A stretch of 64,000 nucleotides of DNA from an uncultured Nitrososphaerota archaeon. GTDB lineage: Archaea; Thermoproteota; Nitrososphaeria; Nitrososphaerales; Gagatemarchaeaceae. A model generated the notes under the pieces. The model was not told the origin of the DNA. It worked only from the letters and a program-made list of their open reading frames with translations, and did not search any database. Of this stretch, positions 47,466-57,317 are shown in pieces. The stretch is from NCBI GenBank assembly GCA_963703285.1, contig OY969807.1:1312001-1376000 (forward strand). The letters run 5' to 3'. The position numbers and the translations under genes are program-made. Each line of letters starts with the position of its first letter. Position 1 is the first letter of the stretch.

Positions 47466-47846
47466 ATGTCAAATTTCGTGAAACAACAAATCCCCAATAA
47501 GGGAATCGATACTCCACCAAATGACACGCTCAGGGACTACCTCACTACGAGTCTTGCCTTATTCGACGCGCTATCCAAAGTCCAGGTTCTTGATACACGG
47601 ATGTTGATACCAAGAGAGAGTCCCACCTTTGCCTTGCAGTATGACCCTGCCCAAGACTTCAAGTGGTTCGCCTCGGGCGAAGTTGACACATCGAGCTACA
47701 AGGGGCAGTACATCGCCATCTGGATGAAACGGATTGTCGGTAGTGGAGCGACTGCCGTGGAAGCTGAGCGAGTAGCAAAAGCCCATTACGAGGATAGCAG
47801 GCCCGCCGTGGTCTACATTCCAGAGGATGAGGACGCTATTCTCTGA
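47466..47846 (+). CDS. DUF5678-like domain protein
   Basis: YKGQYIAI..KRIVGSG....A...AK......PAVVYIP. Confidence 0.65.
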   Translation: MSNFVKQQIPNKGIDTPPNDTLRDYLTTSLALFDALSKVQVLDTRMLIPRESPTFALQYDPAQDFKWFASGEVDTSSYKGQYIAIWMKRIVGSGATAVEAERVAKAHYEDSRPAVVYIPEDEDAIL

Positions 47847-48252
47847 GGAAAGAGGTTCGTTGGGCCTTCCCGCTCAAGCAGACCCGAAAGCCATCAAACA
47901 CATCGATTCGACCGAGTAACTGCTTATGATTCGGGCCTTCAGTAAAGGCGACTTTGGCTCGAATCTCCTCCTTTCCTATCCTCATCTCGACTTCATGAAC
48001 ATATGCTAAGCACTTGCCTCCGAGTACGCCTCGGAGGGTGACGGGTCGTCCTTTCTCCAATTCAATCCCCAATCTTTCGGAATCGCTTTCGTTGAAGACT
48101 GTTATGGGGGAGCCGCTATCCACCTCGGCGTAGAACGGTTTCCACTCTCCATCATTCACTTTTATCTCCAACAAAGCCATCGGCCTTGTGATGTTACCAA
48201 ACGCAGATTTCCCTTCAACGGGCTTCCACTCGAAAGCGGATTCCTGAGACAT
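47836..48252 (-). CDS. Retropepsin-like aspartyl protease
   Basis: RP..., AEVDSGS catalytic motif, LGIEL..G, QLLGRIDVF. Confidence 0.82.
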   Translation of the reverse strand: MSQESAFEWKPVEGKSAFGNITRPMALLEIKVNDGEWKPFYAEVDSGSPITVFNESDSERLGIELEKGRPVTLRGVLGGKCLAYVHEVEMRIGKEEIRAKVAFTEGPNHKQLLGRIDVFDGFRVCLSGKAQRTSFLRE

Positions 48253-48335
48253 CTGATACTCCTAAGATATACTTGATAGTTAAGCCTTCTTTTGCATCCT
48301 AACCGAGTTAGCAGAACCCCCCGAAGCGAGGGGTT

Positions 48336-49646
48336 TCACTTCCCGGAGTCGGAGACGGCACGCAGTTTCGACAGCCTCGACGTCATGAGCGCGGCGACGC
48401 CGAGGAGGGCTCCGGCGAGGACGAAGGTGAAGTGGAAGCCGAGATAGTACGAGACCGCGCCCGAGACTATCGAGCCGACCGTTGTTGAGATCCCGACTAT
48501 GGCGCTGTACACGCCGAGCGTCGAGCCCTGCCTGTTGCCCTTGATCGAGTCGAAGATCATCACGTTGGAGGCCGTGTAGTAGACCGCGTAGGCGATCCCG
48601 CTCGATATCGGGTACAGAATCAGGGCGGGGATGATGAAGCGCGCCCCGCCGATGAGCAGGGAGGCGACACCCAGGGCTGCGTAGCTCGCCCCCCTGATGA
48701 CGAGTCCCTGGACGGCCACCCCGCTCAGGGACCGGCTGACCACGTACCGCCCCGCGTACTGGAAGGTCAGGACCTGCGCGACCATCGCCACGACGTTGAC
48801 GAGGTACACCTCGCTCTGGGTCAGCGAGTGGGAGAAGAGCGCCGGGACGAACGAGGTGTTGAAGACGCCGCTGGACAGGTAGAAGAGGACTATCGAGAGG
48901 TAGAGGAGGGGCACGTAGCTCGTGAGCTCGTTCCTGAGCCCCTCGAAGATCCTCTGGAAATCGTAGCGCCGGGGGATGCTCAGGAAGATGAGCGGCGATG
49001 ACCGGAGCCGCTGGAGGAACCCCGTCCTCTGCATGACCACGACCTCCTTCTCGAAGACGAACCCCGGCTCCTTGATGAGAAGCTGAGCCGACGCGGCCGA
49101 GATTAGCGAGAGCAGACCCAGCGGGATCAAGAGCCAGACCGTGTACCCCGGGAGCGCCTGTACCCAGAGGGCGCTGAGGACGTAGCCGAGGATCGTCCCG
49201 ATGCTGGCGACGAGCGAGAGCCTCGCGAAGCCGGTCGCCCACCTGTTCTTCGTCTCCGTCTCCATGATGAGGAGGTTCAGGGGGGTGGCCGAGGCCGAGG
49301 AGATGAACGAGACGAGGGCGTAGACGAAGATGACCGAAGAGGTCGAGGCCGCGAAGAAGAACGAGAAGAGGAAGATCGTCGTGATGGCGTAGCTCGTCAC
49401 GACGATCAGCTTGCGGCGGTGGAGCCTGTCCGTCGCCAGCCCCCAGATTATCGAGGCGGGTATGCTCACCGCGTTGAAGAGCAGCGTTGCCAGCGTGACG
49501 TAGATCAGCCCCTCCTGGGCCCCGTTCGTCTGCAGGAGGTACAGCTGGACGTAGATCCCGATCGGCCCGAGGGCTACGTTGATCGGGAGGGTCGAGTAGA
49601 CCCAGTCGATTCGCTTGCGGTGCGCGCCGTTCTCTCTGTGGGACAA
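48336..49646 (-). CDS. MFS transporter
   Basis: WGLATDRLHRRK motif A, about 12 TM. Confidence 0.9.
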   Translation of the reverse strand: MSHRENGAHRKRIDWVYSTLPINVALGPIGIYVQLYLLQTNGAQEGLIYVTLATLLFNAVSIPASIIWGLATDRLHRRKLIVVTSYAITTIFLFSFFFAASTSSVIFVYALVSFISSASATPLNLLIMETETKNRWATGFARLSLVASIGTILGYVLSALWVQALPGYTVWLLIPLGLLSLISAASAQLLIKEPGFVFEKEVVVMQRTGFLQRLRSSPLIFLSIPRRYDFQRIFEGLRNELTSYVPLLYLSIVLFYLSSGVFNTSFVPALFSHSLTQSEVYLVNVVAMVAQVLTFQYAGRYVVSRSLSGVAVQGLVIRGASYAALGVASLLIGGARFIIPALILYPISSGIAYAVYYTASNVMIFDSIKGNRQGSTLGVYSAIVGISTTVGSIVSGAVSYYLGFHFTFVLAGALLGVAALMTSRLSKLRAVSDSGK

Positions 49647-49740
49647 TGGGCGAATACGACCTTTTCCTCTCGGGCTGGGTACGGTCGGAGGGGAAGGTCA
49701 TAAAGACATGTACCGCGCACCCGCGGACGTCTGAGAGAGC

Positions 49741-50124
49741 TTGGCCTCGACTAGCGGTTTCATGCTCGGTATCATAGGCGGTCTGCTCGACTTCGCCTCG
49801 GCGACGACCATCGCCCTGAATCAGGGCGGGATGTCGAGCTCCCCCATGGTCTCTGGGGACGCTTGGGCGGCCGTCCTCGCAATTCTGGGAGTGGTGGTCG
49901 TTTCGGCCGCGGTGCTCTCGGTCACGATGACCGGCGTGGGCCACCTCAAGGGCTTCTCCCTGCTGATGGTCGCCTTCGGCCTCCTGATGGCGGTTGTTGG
50001 GAGCCTGATGTCAGCCGGGACGATCGAGGGGTCGTCGGTGATATTCAGCTACGGGATGGTGTTGGTGGGGGCCCTGATGGCGGTCGACGGCGTCATGATG
50101 CTAAGGAACCCGATGCCGATCTAG
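49741..50124 (+). CDS. Four-TM hypothetical membrane protein
   Basis: Four hydrophobic helices, host-like codons. Confidence 0.65.
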   Translation: MASTSGFMLGIIGGLLDFASATTIALNQGGMSSSPMVSGDAWAAVLAILGVVVVSAAVLSVTMTGVGHLKGFSLLMVAFGLLMAVVGSLMSAGTIEGSSVIFSYGMVLVGALMAVDGVMMLRNPMPI

Positions 50125-50139
50125 GCAAGCACGATAGCT

Positions 50140-50427
50140 CTAGTGTCGGGCTGAGGGAACGTCTTTGTCCACTAGCTCCTTGAAGAGGTACATCGACGCG
50201 AAGACCAGCACGATGACTATGGCGATGTAGATCGGGACGAAGAAGATCGTCGACTGGACCGGCAGAGTGGCCTCGTTCGCAGGGGCCAAGGCCGCCAGGG
50301 CGAACGCTAGCAGGATCAGCGCTGAAGCAATCGGTACGCCGATGTGGACAATCGGCGGGAGCGCGGGGGAACCGGATGCCTGAGGCTGGCTCGGCTTCCC
50401 TTCGGTTTCGGTCACGTCTCGTCCCAT
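50140..50427 (-). CDS. Two-TM hypothetical membrane protein
   Basis: Two hydrophobic helices, host-like codons. Confidence 0.55.
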   Translation of the reverse strand: MGRDVTETEGKPSQPQASGSPALPPIVHIGVPIASALILLAFALAALAPANEATLPVQSTIFFVPIYIAIVIVLVFASMYLFKELVDKDVPSARH

Positions 50428-50468
50428 AGTCCCGGAGGTATTTCACGTTTGCTCTCGGCCCGGAAGCT

Positions 50469-50801
50469 TCAAGTCGTCAGGCGCAGTATCGCCTTGGCGA
50501 CCTCTCCGTCTGACTGCTCCAGGGCGGCGACGGCCTTCTCTCTCGAGACGTCGGCCTGCTGCTGGACGAGCAGGATGTCCTCCTCAGAGAACTTCTGCCT
50601 CTCCCTCTCCACCTCCTCGACGTCGCCCATGACCTGGAAGATGCGGCTGCCCTGGGCGTTCACCTCGGAGACCTGGGCGCCGGTGATGTGTATCTCCTTC
50701 GAGGAGGTCTTGATTACCACCTCCTCTACGTCGGCGATCTCCTTCATGTTGATCCCCATGCGGTCCATCATCCGCCGGGTCTTCCTATCGTCCAGCTTCA
50801 T
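50469..50801 (-). CDS. nac: Nascent polypeptide-associated complex protein
   Basis: RRMMDRMGI..., UBA tail EDILLVQQQADVSREKAVAALEQSDG. Confidence 0.92.
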   Translation of the reverse strand: MKLDDRKTRRMMDRMGINMKEIADVEEVVIKTSSKEIHITGAQVSEVNAQGSRIFQVMGDVEEVERERQKFSEEDILLVQQQADVSREKAVAALEQSDGEVAKAILRLTT

Positions 50802-51261
50802 TCGTGAGCACTCCGGACCTTGACCGCCACCCCCGCCTTAAACTCTCTCATGTAGGCGCCGGGCAGCCTGGCCCGGCCCACGGCGATCGGACGTCCGTGG
50901 ACGTCGAGGACGACGACCTCTCCCCCGCGGGGACGTGCCTCCCCACCTTCACGACGAACTTGCAGAAGACCGACTTCCCAGCGCGGACGAACTCGTCGGC
51001 TCCCTCGCTCACGGTCACGGAGTTCTGAATGAACGCCTTCGAGGAGGCGAGGACCTTGGCCCCGTGCATCGAGGGCGCTATGGCACCGTTGGGCCTTATC
51101 ACGGCGAAGAGCTTCCCTTCGTGCATGACCTGCCTCAGCCTGTCCGACCTGCGCGAGTAGAGGTACTCGAGACCGCTGCGGGGGAGCGCTCCGCTCGTCC
51201 CCCTCCCGAACTCGTAGTCGAGCATCGTGGCGAACCTCCTCCGCTCGTCCGGGAGCCTCAA
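50798..51261 (-). CDS. PUA-domain protein (TGT C-terminal-like); frameshift in C/G run near 50925
   Basis: DYEFG, FVRAGKSVFCKFV then GEVVVLD...AVGRA...GVAVKVR in a shifted frame. Confidence 0.8.
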
Positions 51262-51381
51262 GACGCGCCGTCGCCCCGCCAGGGTGGTAAAAGTGCGTAT
51301 CGGCCGGACGCTCCGGCCGGGAGCGCGCCCCCCGGGCCAAGAGCTTTTTAAGGCGAGGTGATTTCGAGCATCCCGATTGAT

Positions 51382-51816
51382 TTGAGAGCAGCCTGCGAGG
51401 TCTGCGGAGGCCCCATGAGGACCGGGCCCAACAAGGTCGAGATCGACGGGGCGATTATGGTGGTCTGCGGCGGCTGCGCAAGGCTCGGGAGGCCCGTTGG
51501 CGGTGCGGTCGTGAGGGAGGTGCACCCCCGGCCGATGCAGGCGGGCTTCAGGCCCGCGCAGGCCCCGGCTGCGCCGGAGGCTTCGTACGAGATCGACCCG
51601 GACTACAACGTCAAGATTAGGCAGGCGAGGGAGAAGATGGGCCTCTCGCAGGAAGACCTCGGGAGGATGCTCAACGAGAAGCTGTCCGTTATCAGGATGG
51701 TGGAGTCGAAGAAGCTCAAGCCCGACGCCGTCCTCACCCGGAAGCTGACCCACCACCTGAAGGTGACTCTGATGGTCCCCCTCTCCGAGCTCGAGGGCGG
51801 GAAGCTGTCCGCCTGA
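51382..51816 (+). CDS. mbf1: Archaeal MBF1 (Zn ribbon plus HTH)
   Basis: CEVCG...CGGC, IRQAREKMGLSQEDLG. Confidence 0.9.
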   Translation: MRAACEVCGGPMRTGPNKVEIDGAIMVVCGGCARLGRPVGGAVVREVHPRPMQAGFRPAQAPAAPEASYEIDPDYNVKIRQAREKMGLSQEDLGRMLNEKLSVIRMVESKKLKPDAVLTRKLTHHLKVTLMVPLSELEGGKLSA

Positions 51817-51858
51817 AGTCCGCTGGTACAGTCCAGTCCTTGGTCGGAGAGCGGTCGC

Positions 51859-52395
51859 TTGAGCGCGGAGAAGAGCATCAGGATCCTGAGGATAGGTCAC
51901 AGGTACGTCAGGGACTACAGGACGCTGACGCACCTCTGCCTCACATCCAGGGCGCTCGGTGCGGAGGCCGTCTACCTCGAGGAGATCGACGACGGACTCT
52001 TGGAGAGCGTCCAGGAGGTCAACGACGCCTGGGGCGGCGGGTTCCAGGTCCTGAAGGTGCCCTCCTGGAGGTCGGCCTTCTCGGAGGCGAAGAGTGAGGG
52101 GAGGAAGATCGTCCACCTCACGATGTACGGGCTGCCGCTGCAGGAGAAGGCCGAGGAGCTCAGGGGATACTCCAGCTTCCTCATAGCGGTGGGGGGCCCG
52201 AAGGTGCCCGGCGAGGCGTACAGGCTGGCGGACTACAACGTCGCGGTGACGTCCCAACCCCACTCCGAGATAGCGGCGCTCGCGATAGCGCTGCACGAGC
52301 TGCAGGGGGGAGAAGAGCTTAAGAAGGAGTTTGGGCCCTCAAAGCTGAAGATAGTTCCTTCTGAAAGAGGAAAAAGGGTAGAGAAAGCAACGTGA
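51859..52395 (+). CDS. trm56: tRNA (cytidine56-2'-O)-methyltransferase
   Basis: LRIGHR..RD.R..TH, HLTMYG, QPHSEIAALA. Confidence 0.93.
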   Translation: MSAEKSIRILRIGHRYVRDYRTLTHLCLTSRALGAEAVYLEEIDDGLLESVQEVNDAWGGGFQVLKVPSWRSAFSEAKSEGRKIVHLTMYGLPLQEKAEELRGYSSFLIAVGGPKVPGEAYRLADYNVAVTSQPHSEIAALAIALHELQGGEELKKEFGPSKLKIVPSERGKRVEKAT

Positions 52396-52901
52396 AGATA
52401 GAGTACGAGGATACATTCGTGAAAGTGGCGGGGCTCATCGGCGGCCCCGACTACGTCCGGGTAGCGAGGGCGCTGCTGAACAACGAGAACGCCACCGACG
52501 AGGAGATAGCGTCTGCGACGGGATTGAAGATAAAGACCGTCAGGAAGTCGCTCTACGACCTCTTCGGGAGGTCCCTGATCACCGGCGTCAGGGTGAGGGA
52601 CCCCAAGAGGGGCTGGTTCGTCTACAGGTGGAAGGCCCAGCGAGACCAGACCGACGGCTTCATACAGACGCAGAAGAGGAAGATCCTCAAGAGGCTGCAG
52701 CAGCGACTGGAGTACGAGGAGGCGCACGAGTTCTACCACTGCGGGACGCAGACCTGCGTGACGAGGACGTTCGAGGAGTCGATGGAGTCGTTCTTCAAGT
52801 GCCCGACGTGCCAGAGGCCCCTGAACAGGATCGACAACGCTGACCTCAAGGCGGCCCTGCGCTGGAAGATCAAACAGCTCGAAGAGGACATCAGCAAGTG
52901 A
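52392..52901 (+). CDS. tfe: Transcription factor E alpha
   Basis: TDEEIA..VRKSLYDL, GWFVYRW, Zn ribbon, FKCPTC. Confidence 0.92.
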   Translation: MKIEYEDTFVKVAGLIGGPDYVRVARALLNNENATDEEIASATGLKIKTVRKSLYDLFGRSLITGVRVRDPKRGWFVYRWKAQRDQTDGFIQTQKRKILKRLQQRLEYEEAHEFYHCGTQTCVTRTFEESMESFFKCPTCQRPLNRIDNADLKAALRWKIKQLEEDISK

Positions 52902-53434
52902 TCCCCGACGAGGGGCAGGCGCTCGCCCTTCACGCAAAGTACGGGAGCAGCGAGAGGATAATCGAACACTGCAGACTCGTGGCGAGGGTCTCCGTCATCC
53001 TGAGCGAAGCAATCGTGAAGAATGCAAGGCCATTCAACGCGAAGGCGGTCCTCGCTGGAGCCCTCCTCCATGACATTGGGAGGACGAGGACGCACGAGGT
53101 TGGGCACGGGTGGATCGGGGCGAAGATTCTGGAGGAGGAGGGCGTCGATCAGGTCGTTGTCGAGATAGTGAGGAGGCACGTGGGGGCGGGAATCTCTCCG
53201 GAGGAGGCCGAGAAGCTCGGGTTCCCGCAGGGTGACTACATTCCCAGGACGCTTGAGCAGAGGGTCGTCTGCTTCGCCGACAAGATGGTGGGCGGGGATG
53301 GCGTCAGGCCGTTCGAAGAGGAGGTGAAGAGGTACGAGCGAAAGGGGCACGACGTGCAGAGACTGAAAAAGCTGAAGGCTGATGTAGCGGCTGACTTAGG
53401 GAGAGACCCCGAGAAGGTCGTCCTCGGTGAATAG
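52898..53434 (+). CDS. HDIG-family HD hydrolase
   Basis: LLHDIGR, RHVGAG, DYIP.TLE..VCFADK. Confidence 0.88.
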   Translation: MIPDEGQALALHAKYGSSERIIEHCRLVARVSVILSEAIVKNARPFNAKAVLAGALLHDIGRTRTHEVGHGWIGAKILEEEGVDQVVVEIVRRHVGAGISPEEAEKLGFPQGDYIPRTLEQRVVCFADKMVGGDGVRPFEEEVKRYERKGHDVQRLKKLKADVAADLGRDPEKVVLGE

Positions 53435-53549
53435 ACACCACGTGTAGCGTTTGCTGCTGGACCGCGAATGGTTGAACAGTCGCCTATGCTGTAGTCACAA
53501 GATTTTGCAAAAAGGTACGTCGGGAGACAGAATCCGCTTGATTCTGTGC

Positions 53550-53638
53550 TGTCTCCAAAATGCGAGACATCAACCCCCTGGATGTCTACAAAAAACGAGA
53601 CGCGATGAGACGCGGCGATGTCTCCCAAATCCGAGAGG
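53550..53638. repeat. Three phased imperfect palindromes TGTCTC-N8-GAGAC
   Basis: TGTCTCCAAAATGCGAGACA (53550), TGTCTACAAAAAACGAGACG (53583), TGTCTCCCAAATCCGAGAGG (53619). Confidence 0.7.
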
Positions 53639-53862
53639 CGCGTCTCACGCATGAAGGCGATGAGAGTGTTTCGGGTAATTGCTCCTAATCTGTCGGACCC
53701 GTCTAAAAGATGCACAGGGCTAAGAGGATACTCGACTGGTTTGGAGAGAGGGGAACTGTCCGTTCGAGGTTGGAGACTGCGGAGTTCTCTGGTGGGTGTC
53801 CACCTCCATGCCAAATACGCAAATACAGAAGAATAATAAACCGCTGATAATCCGCATGGGTC

Positions 53863-53983
53863 AGCGAGGGCAGCAGCGTGCGCTTTTGCGCCTGAAGAGG
53901 TGGGGAAGCCAGGTCATCCCGGCGGGCTCATAAGCCTCGGCAGAGAGACCCGCAGACCGGAGGTTCAAATCCTCCCCTCGCTA
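53863..53983 (+). tRNA. Initiator tRNA-Met(CAT) with an acceptor-stem intron plus a canonical 15-nt intron (53933-53947)
   Basis: 3' acceptor CCTCGCT-A needs 5' AGCGAGG (A1-U72), present at 53863 but separated from the D arm by 31 nt; GCGGG/CCCGC anticodon stem; GGTTCAAATCC. Confidence 0.85.
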
Positions 53984-54093
53984 CCTATTGTTTAGCGCGA
54001 AGCGCCGGTCCGACCATGAACTCCGTCTCGAACGCGCTGTGCGGCGGATGATCGCACGCTCGGCGGTCAACCGAGATGCGGCGACCAGCTCGC

Positions 54094-55089
54094 CTAGACC
54101 TCTTTCTCGAAGTTGCGCCAGATCGCGTACCTCCTGAAGCCGATCTTCCTGTTCAAGCCCAATATTGGCGCATTCTGAGAGTTGTTCCATGTCTTGACGA
54201 AGATCACGCCATGCTTCTTCGCCCAGAGCAGGGTGCGGAGCTTCAGGGTCTCGGCGATGCCCCTTCCCCTGAATTGACGCAGGACGCAGGTGAAACCGGT
54301 CGTGAGAAACCTCGGGTAGCCTTCGCCCTTCTGCAGGAAGCTCTCACCCACGTAGCTCCCCCGATGCTTCGCAATCACCCACGCGTCCTCGACGGTCCTT
54401 GGAGAATTGTACACCAGGTCCGCGTATTCCGAGAGCTGCATCCGTCGCCACCTGTCGGGCGCAGGCACGTCACGTCCCGCCTCGCTCTCCATCTCGTACA
54501 GATCCCGGGAGAACTCCGGGTTGGTATCCTTCTCCTCCGCGAAGGTGGTGAACGCTATCGATTCATCACCGAAGCCAGCTATCGCATCCTCGAGTCTGGC
54601 CTGGGTGATCCTGCGAAGGTCCAGCCTCGACTCGATGCTGCTGCTCACTTCTTGGAACCCTCCTCCCTTGAGGCGAGACGTTGAGAAACCGTCTCTGCTG
54701 CTAGCGAAGGCGGTGAGCAGCCGTGCTTTCCTGTCTCTCGCAGTGCGCTCCAACCGCTCGAAGAGCGCCTCCCAGACGGCCGATTTCCGGAACTTCCGGT
54801 CGACCTCGATGCTCACGTTGAGCTTCCCGGGTTGATACCTCTCGACGCGCTCAGAGATCTCCCCGCAGCCAACAACCCTTCCGTTGAGGCCGACCCCTAG
54901 GTATCGTCTCAGGAAGTACCCGTTTCGTCTGATGGTGGCATCTTCGTGCTTGAGCTCAGCCATGGAGAGCGCGTAGTCTGGCGCCGCCGAGTTGATGAGT
55001 CGCCTGACAGCAGGATAGTCTGAAGGGAGGAAGTCTCTCAGCCTTAAAGCGGGTAACGCAGCCCCCTTCGAACCCCTCGCGCCGGCCAA
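54094..55089 (-). CDS. Tandem GNAT acetyltransferase
   Basis: Two GNAT folds; FTCVLRQFRGRGIA, N.PILGLNRKIGF; start uncertain. Confidence 0.85.
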   Translation of the reverse strand: MAGARGSKGAALPALRLRDFLPSDYPAVRRLINSAAPDYALSMAELKHEDATIRRNGYFLRRYLGVGLNGRVVGCGEISERVERYQPGKLNVSIEVDRKFRKSAVWEALFERLERTARDRKARLLTAFASSRDGFSTSRLKGGGFQEVSSSIESRLDLRRITQARLEDAIAGFGDESIAFTTFAEEKDTNPEFSRDLYEMESEAGRDVPAPDRWRRMQLSEYADLVYNSPRTVEDAWVIAKHRGSYVGESFLQKGEGYPRFLTTGFTCVLRQFRGRGIAETLKLRTLLWAKKHGVIFVKTWNNSQNAPILGLNRKIGFRRYAIWRNFEKEV

Positions 55090-55268
55090 CTACCGTCGGC
55101 GACGAGTGTGTCCGTCTCCGGATATGAAGTATTGCTCCGGCGAAAACGTCAGGCGTTTTGCCGATGTTGGGGCTTCGCCGACGGGACTGGCGGGTCCTCC
55201 TTCTCGCAGGAACGCCCAACGCCTCCATAACTGATTTATCAGCGGGTGACGCCAGACCTCTCGCAAGC

Positions 55269-57210
55269 TTGTCACAAGGGCAGCGGAGACTCGCCGCCAT
55301 AATGTTCACCGACATGGTCGGGTTCACGGCCATGGGGCAGACCAACGAGTCGCTCTCGCTGGCCCTGGTGGACGAGCAGAGGAGGCTGATTCGGCCCGTC
55401 CTCGCCAGGCACGACGGAAGGGAGGTGAAGACCATCGGCGATGCTTTCCTGGTGGAGTTCGCCAGCGCCCTCGACGCGGTCAACTGCGCGGTCGAGATCC
55501 AGTCTGCCCTGAAGGAAGCGAATCGCTCCGCCGCTCCGGAGCGGAGGATTACCCTCAGGATAGGGATACACCTGGGAGACGTCGTCCACCAGGGCGCCGA
55601 CGTGGCCGGCGACGCGGTCAACGTCGCCTCGAGGATAGAGCCCCTCTCGCCCCCGGGAGGGGTCTGCGTCTCCGCCCAGGTCTATCACAGCGTGGTCAAC
55701 AAGGTCGAACAGCGGTTCGAGTCGCTGGGTGTCCCCGAGCTCAAGAACGTTGTCACGCCCATCGAGGTCTTCCGCATCTCGGGCCTGGGGGAGGCTCCGG
55801 AGAGGCCCGCGCAGAGGACGCCGAGGCCGAAGGAGAGGGTCGCGGTCCTGCCGCTCGACAACTTCAGCCCAGACCCCAACGACGAGTACTTCGCCGACGG
55901 CGTGACCGAGGAGCTGATTGACAGGCTCTCCCAGGTCCGGGACCTCAGGGTCATCGCGCGCACATCGGTGATGGGTTACAAGAGGAAGGAGAAGAAGGTC
56001 TCCGAGATAGCCAGGGAGCTCGGCGTGGGAACGATCGTCGAGGGCAGCGTGCGCAAGGCCGGGAGCAGGATAAGGATAACGGTGCAGCTCATAGACGCCG
56101 CGACCGAGGAGCACCTCTGGTCCGACAGGTACGACAGGGAGCTGGACGACGTCTTCGCGGTACAGACGGAGATCGCGTCGAGGATCGCCGCGGCCCTGGC
56201 GACCCAGCTAGCTTCACCGTCTGTCCGCGCCTCGGCCGAGACCACTGACATCGAGGCGTACACCAGCTTCCTGCGCGGGCGGAAGCTGCTGAGCGAAAAG
56301 GGGTCGGAGGAGAGCATCCGGCAGGCGCTCGCTTTCTTCGAGGAATCCGTCCGTCGGGACCCGTCGTTCGCCAAGGCGAGGGTGGGCGTGGCGGAGTGCC
56401 TGGTCTGGCTGGGCAGTGAGGGCGCGATTCCGTACGTCGACTCCGTCACACGGGCCCGCGGGGAGCTGACGAAGGCGCTCGAGCTTGACGACGCGCTCGC
56501 AGAGGCTCACTCGGTCCTCGCCGGGCTCATGATCGGGCAAGACGACGTCAGCGGATGCGAGAGGGAGGCCCGCCGGGCGATGGAGCTCAACCCCAGCCTC
56601 GCGGACCCCTACCGATGGCTCGGCCAGGTCGCCGCGGGCGACGGGAAGATTCGCGAGACGGTGCGCTTGCTCGAGGCAGCCCAGCAGGTCGACCCGCTGG
56701 ACACCAACGTCACGGCGTTCCTCGGACGCGCATACATGTACGCTGGGATGGAGGCCGAGGCGCTGGCGCACTGGGAACGGACCAAGCCGCTGATCCCGTT
56801 TCGCACGAACGCGCACATGACGGAGTACCACCTGGGAAGGGCGGACTACGCCAAGGCCGGGGAGACGCTCCGGGAGATGGAACGCCTGAGGCCGAACAGC
56901 GTCTGGACAGAGATGTACAGGGGGGTCCTCGCAGCGCGGCTGGGCGATGCGGGAGGCGCCCGGGGTTCGATTCGAGCGGCTCGAGAAGCGAGCCGAAGGA
57001 GGAGAGCTGACGATCATCCACTCCGGCTTCGTCCACTTCGCCCTGGGGGAGGATGACGAGTTCGTCGCGTGCATGGAGGAGGCCTTCCGGCTGCACGATC
57101 TGCCGTTGTTGGAGCTGACCTACTCGCCCCTGTTCGAGCCCGCGCGTCGAGACGCCCGCATCGTAGATCTTCTGAGGAGGCAGTCGGAACTCTCTCATAA
57201 GGCGCGTTGA
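55269..57210 (+). CDS. Class III adenylate/guanylate cyclase with TolB-like and TPR domains (frameshift near 56971)
   Basis: RRLAAIMFTDMVGF, KTIGDA, RIGIH.GD, VNVASR, VAVLPL, EYFADG.TEE, TPRs. Confidence 0.88.
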
Positions 57211-57317
57211 CGACGGGAGCCGCGCCGGGGTCGGGCTGGGCCGCGCACCCTGCGTCCATCACACTAAAATACCGAGATAGGTGCTAGGACAGAAGAATCG
57301 TCTCAGCGTGTGAGCTA

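Larger units (their letters stand above)
45534..48318 (+). mobile_element. IS6-family transporter element (2785 bp) with four passenger genes
   Basis: Perfect 27-bp IRs GGTTCTGCTAACTCGGTTAGGATGCAA (45534-45560, 48292-48318); 8-bp TSD CCCCGAAG (45526-33, 48319-26); lower GC than flanks. Confidence 0.93.

Noticed and set aside
48280-52296. Long alternative-frame and antisense ORFs (e.g. 48280-49944, 50848-52296, and similar throughout)
   Set aside because: Shadow ORFs of GC3-rich genes with Arg/Pro/Gly-rich composition; only the PUA part of 50848-52296 is real
53521-53650. CRISPR mini-array
   Set aside because: Repeats are 20 bp and degenerate, spacers only 13-16 bp, and no cas genes are present; kept instead as a binding-site array
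53435-53830. RNase P RNA
   Set aside because: No GAGGAAAGTCC or AACAGAA..GGCTTA P4 signatures seen on either strand
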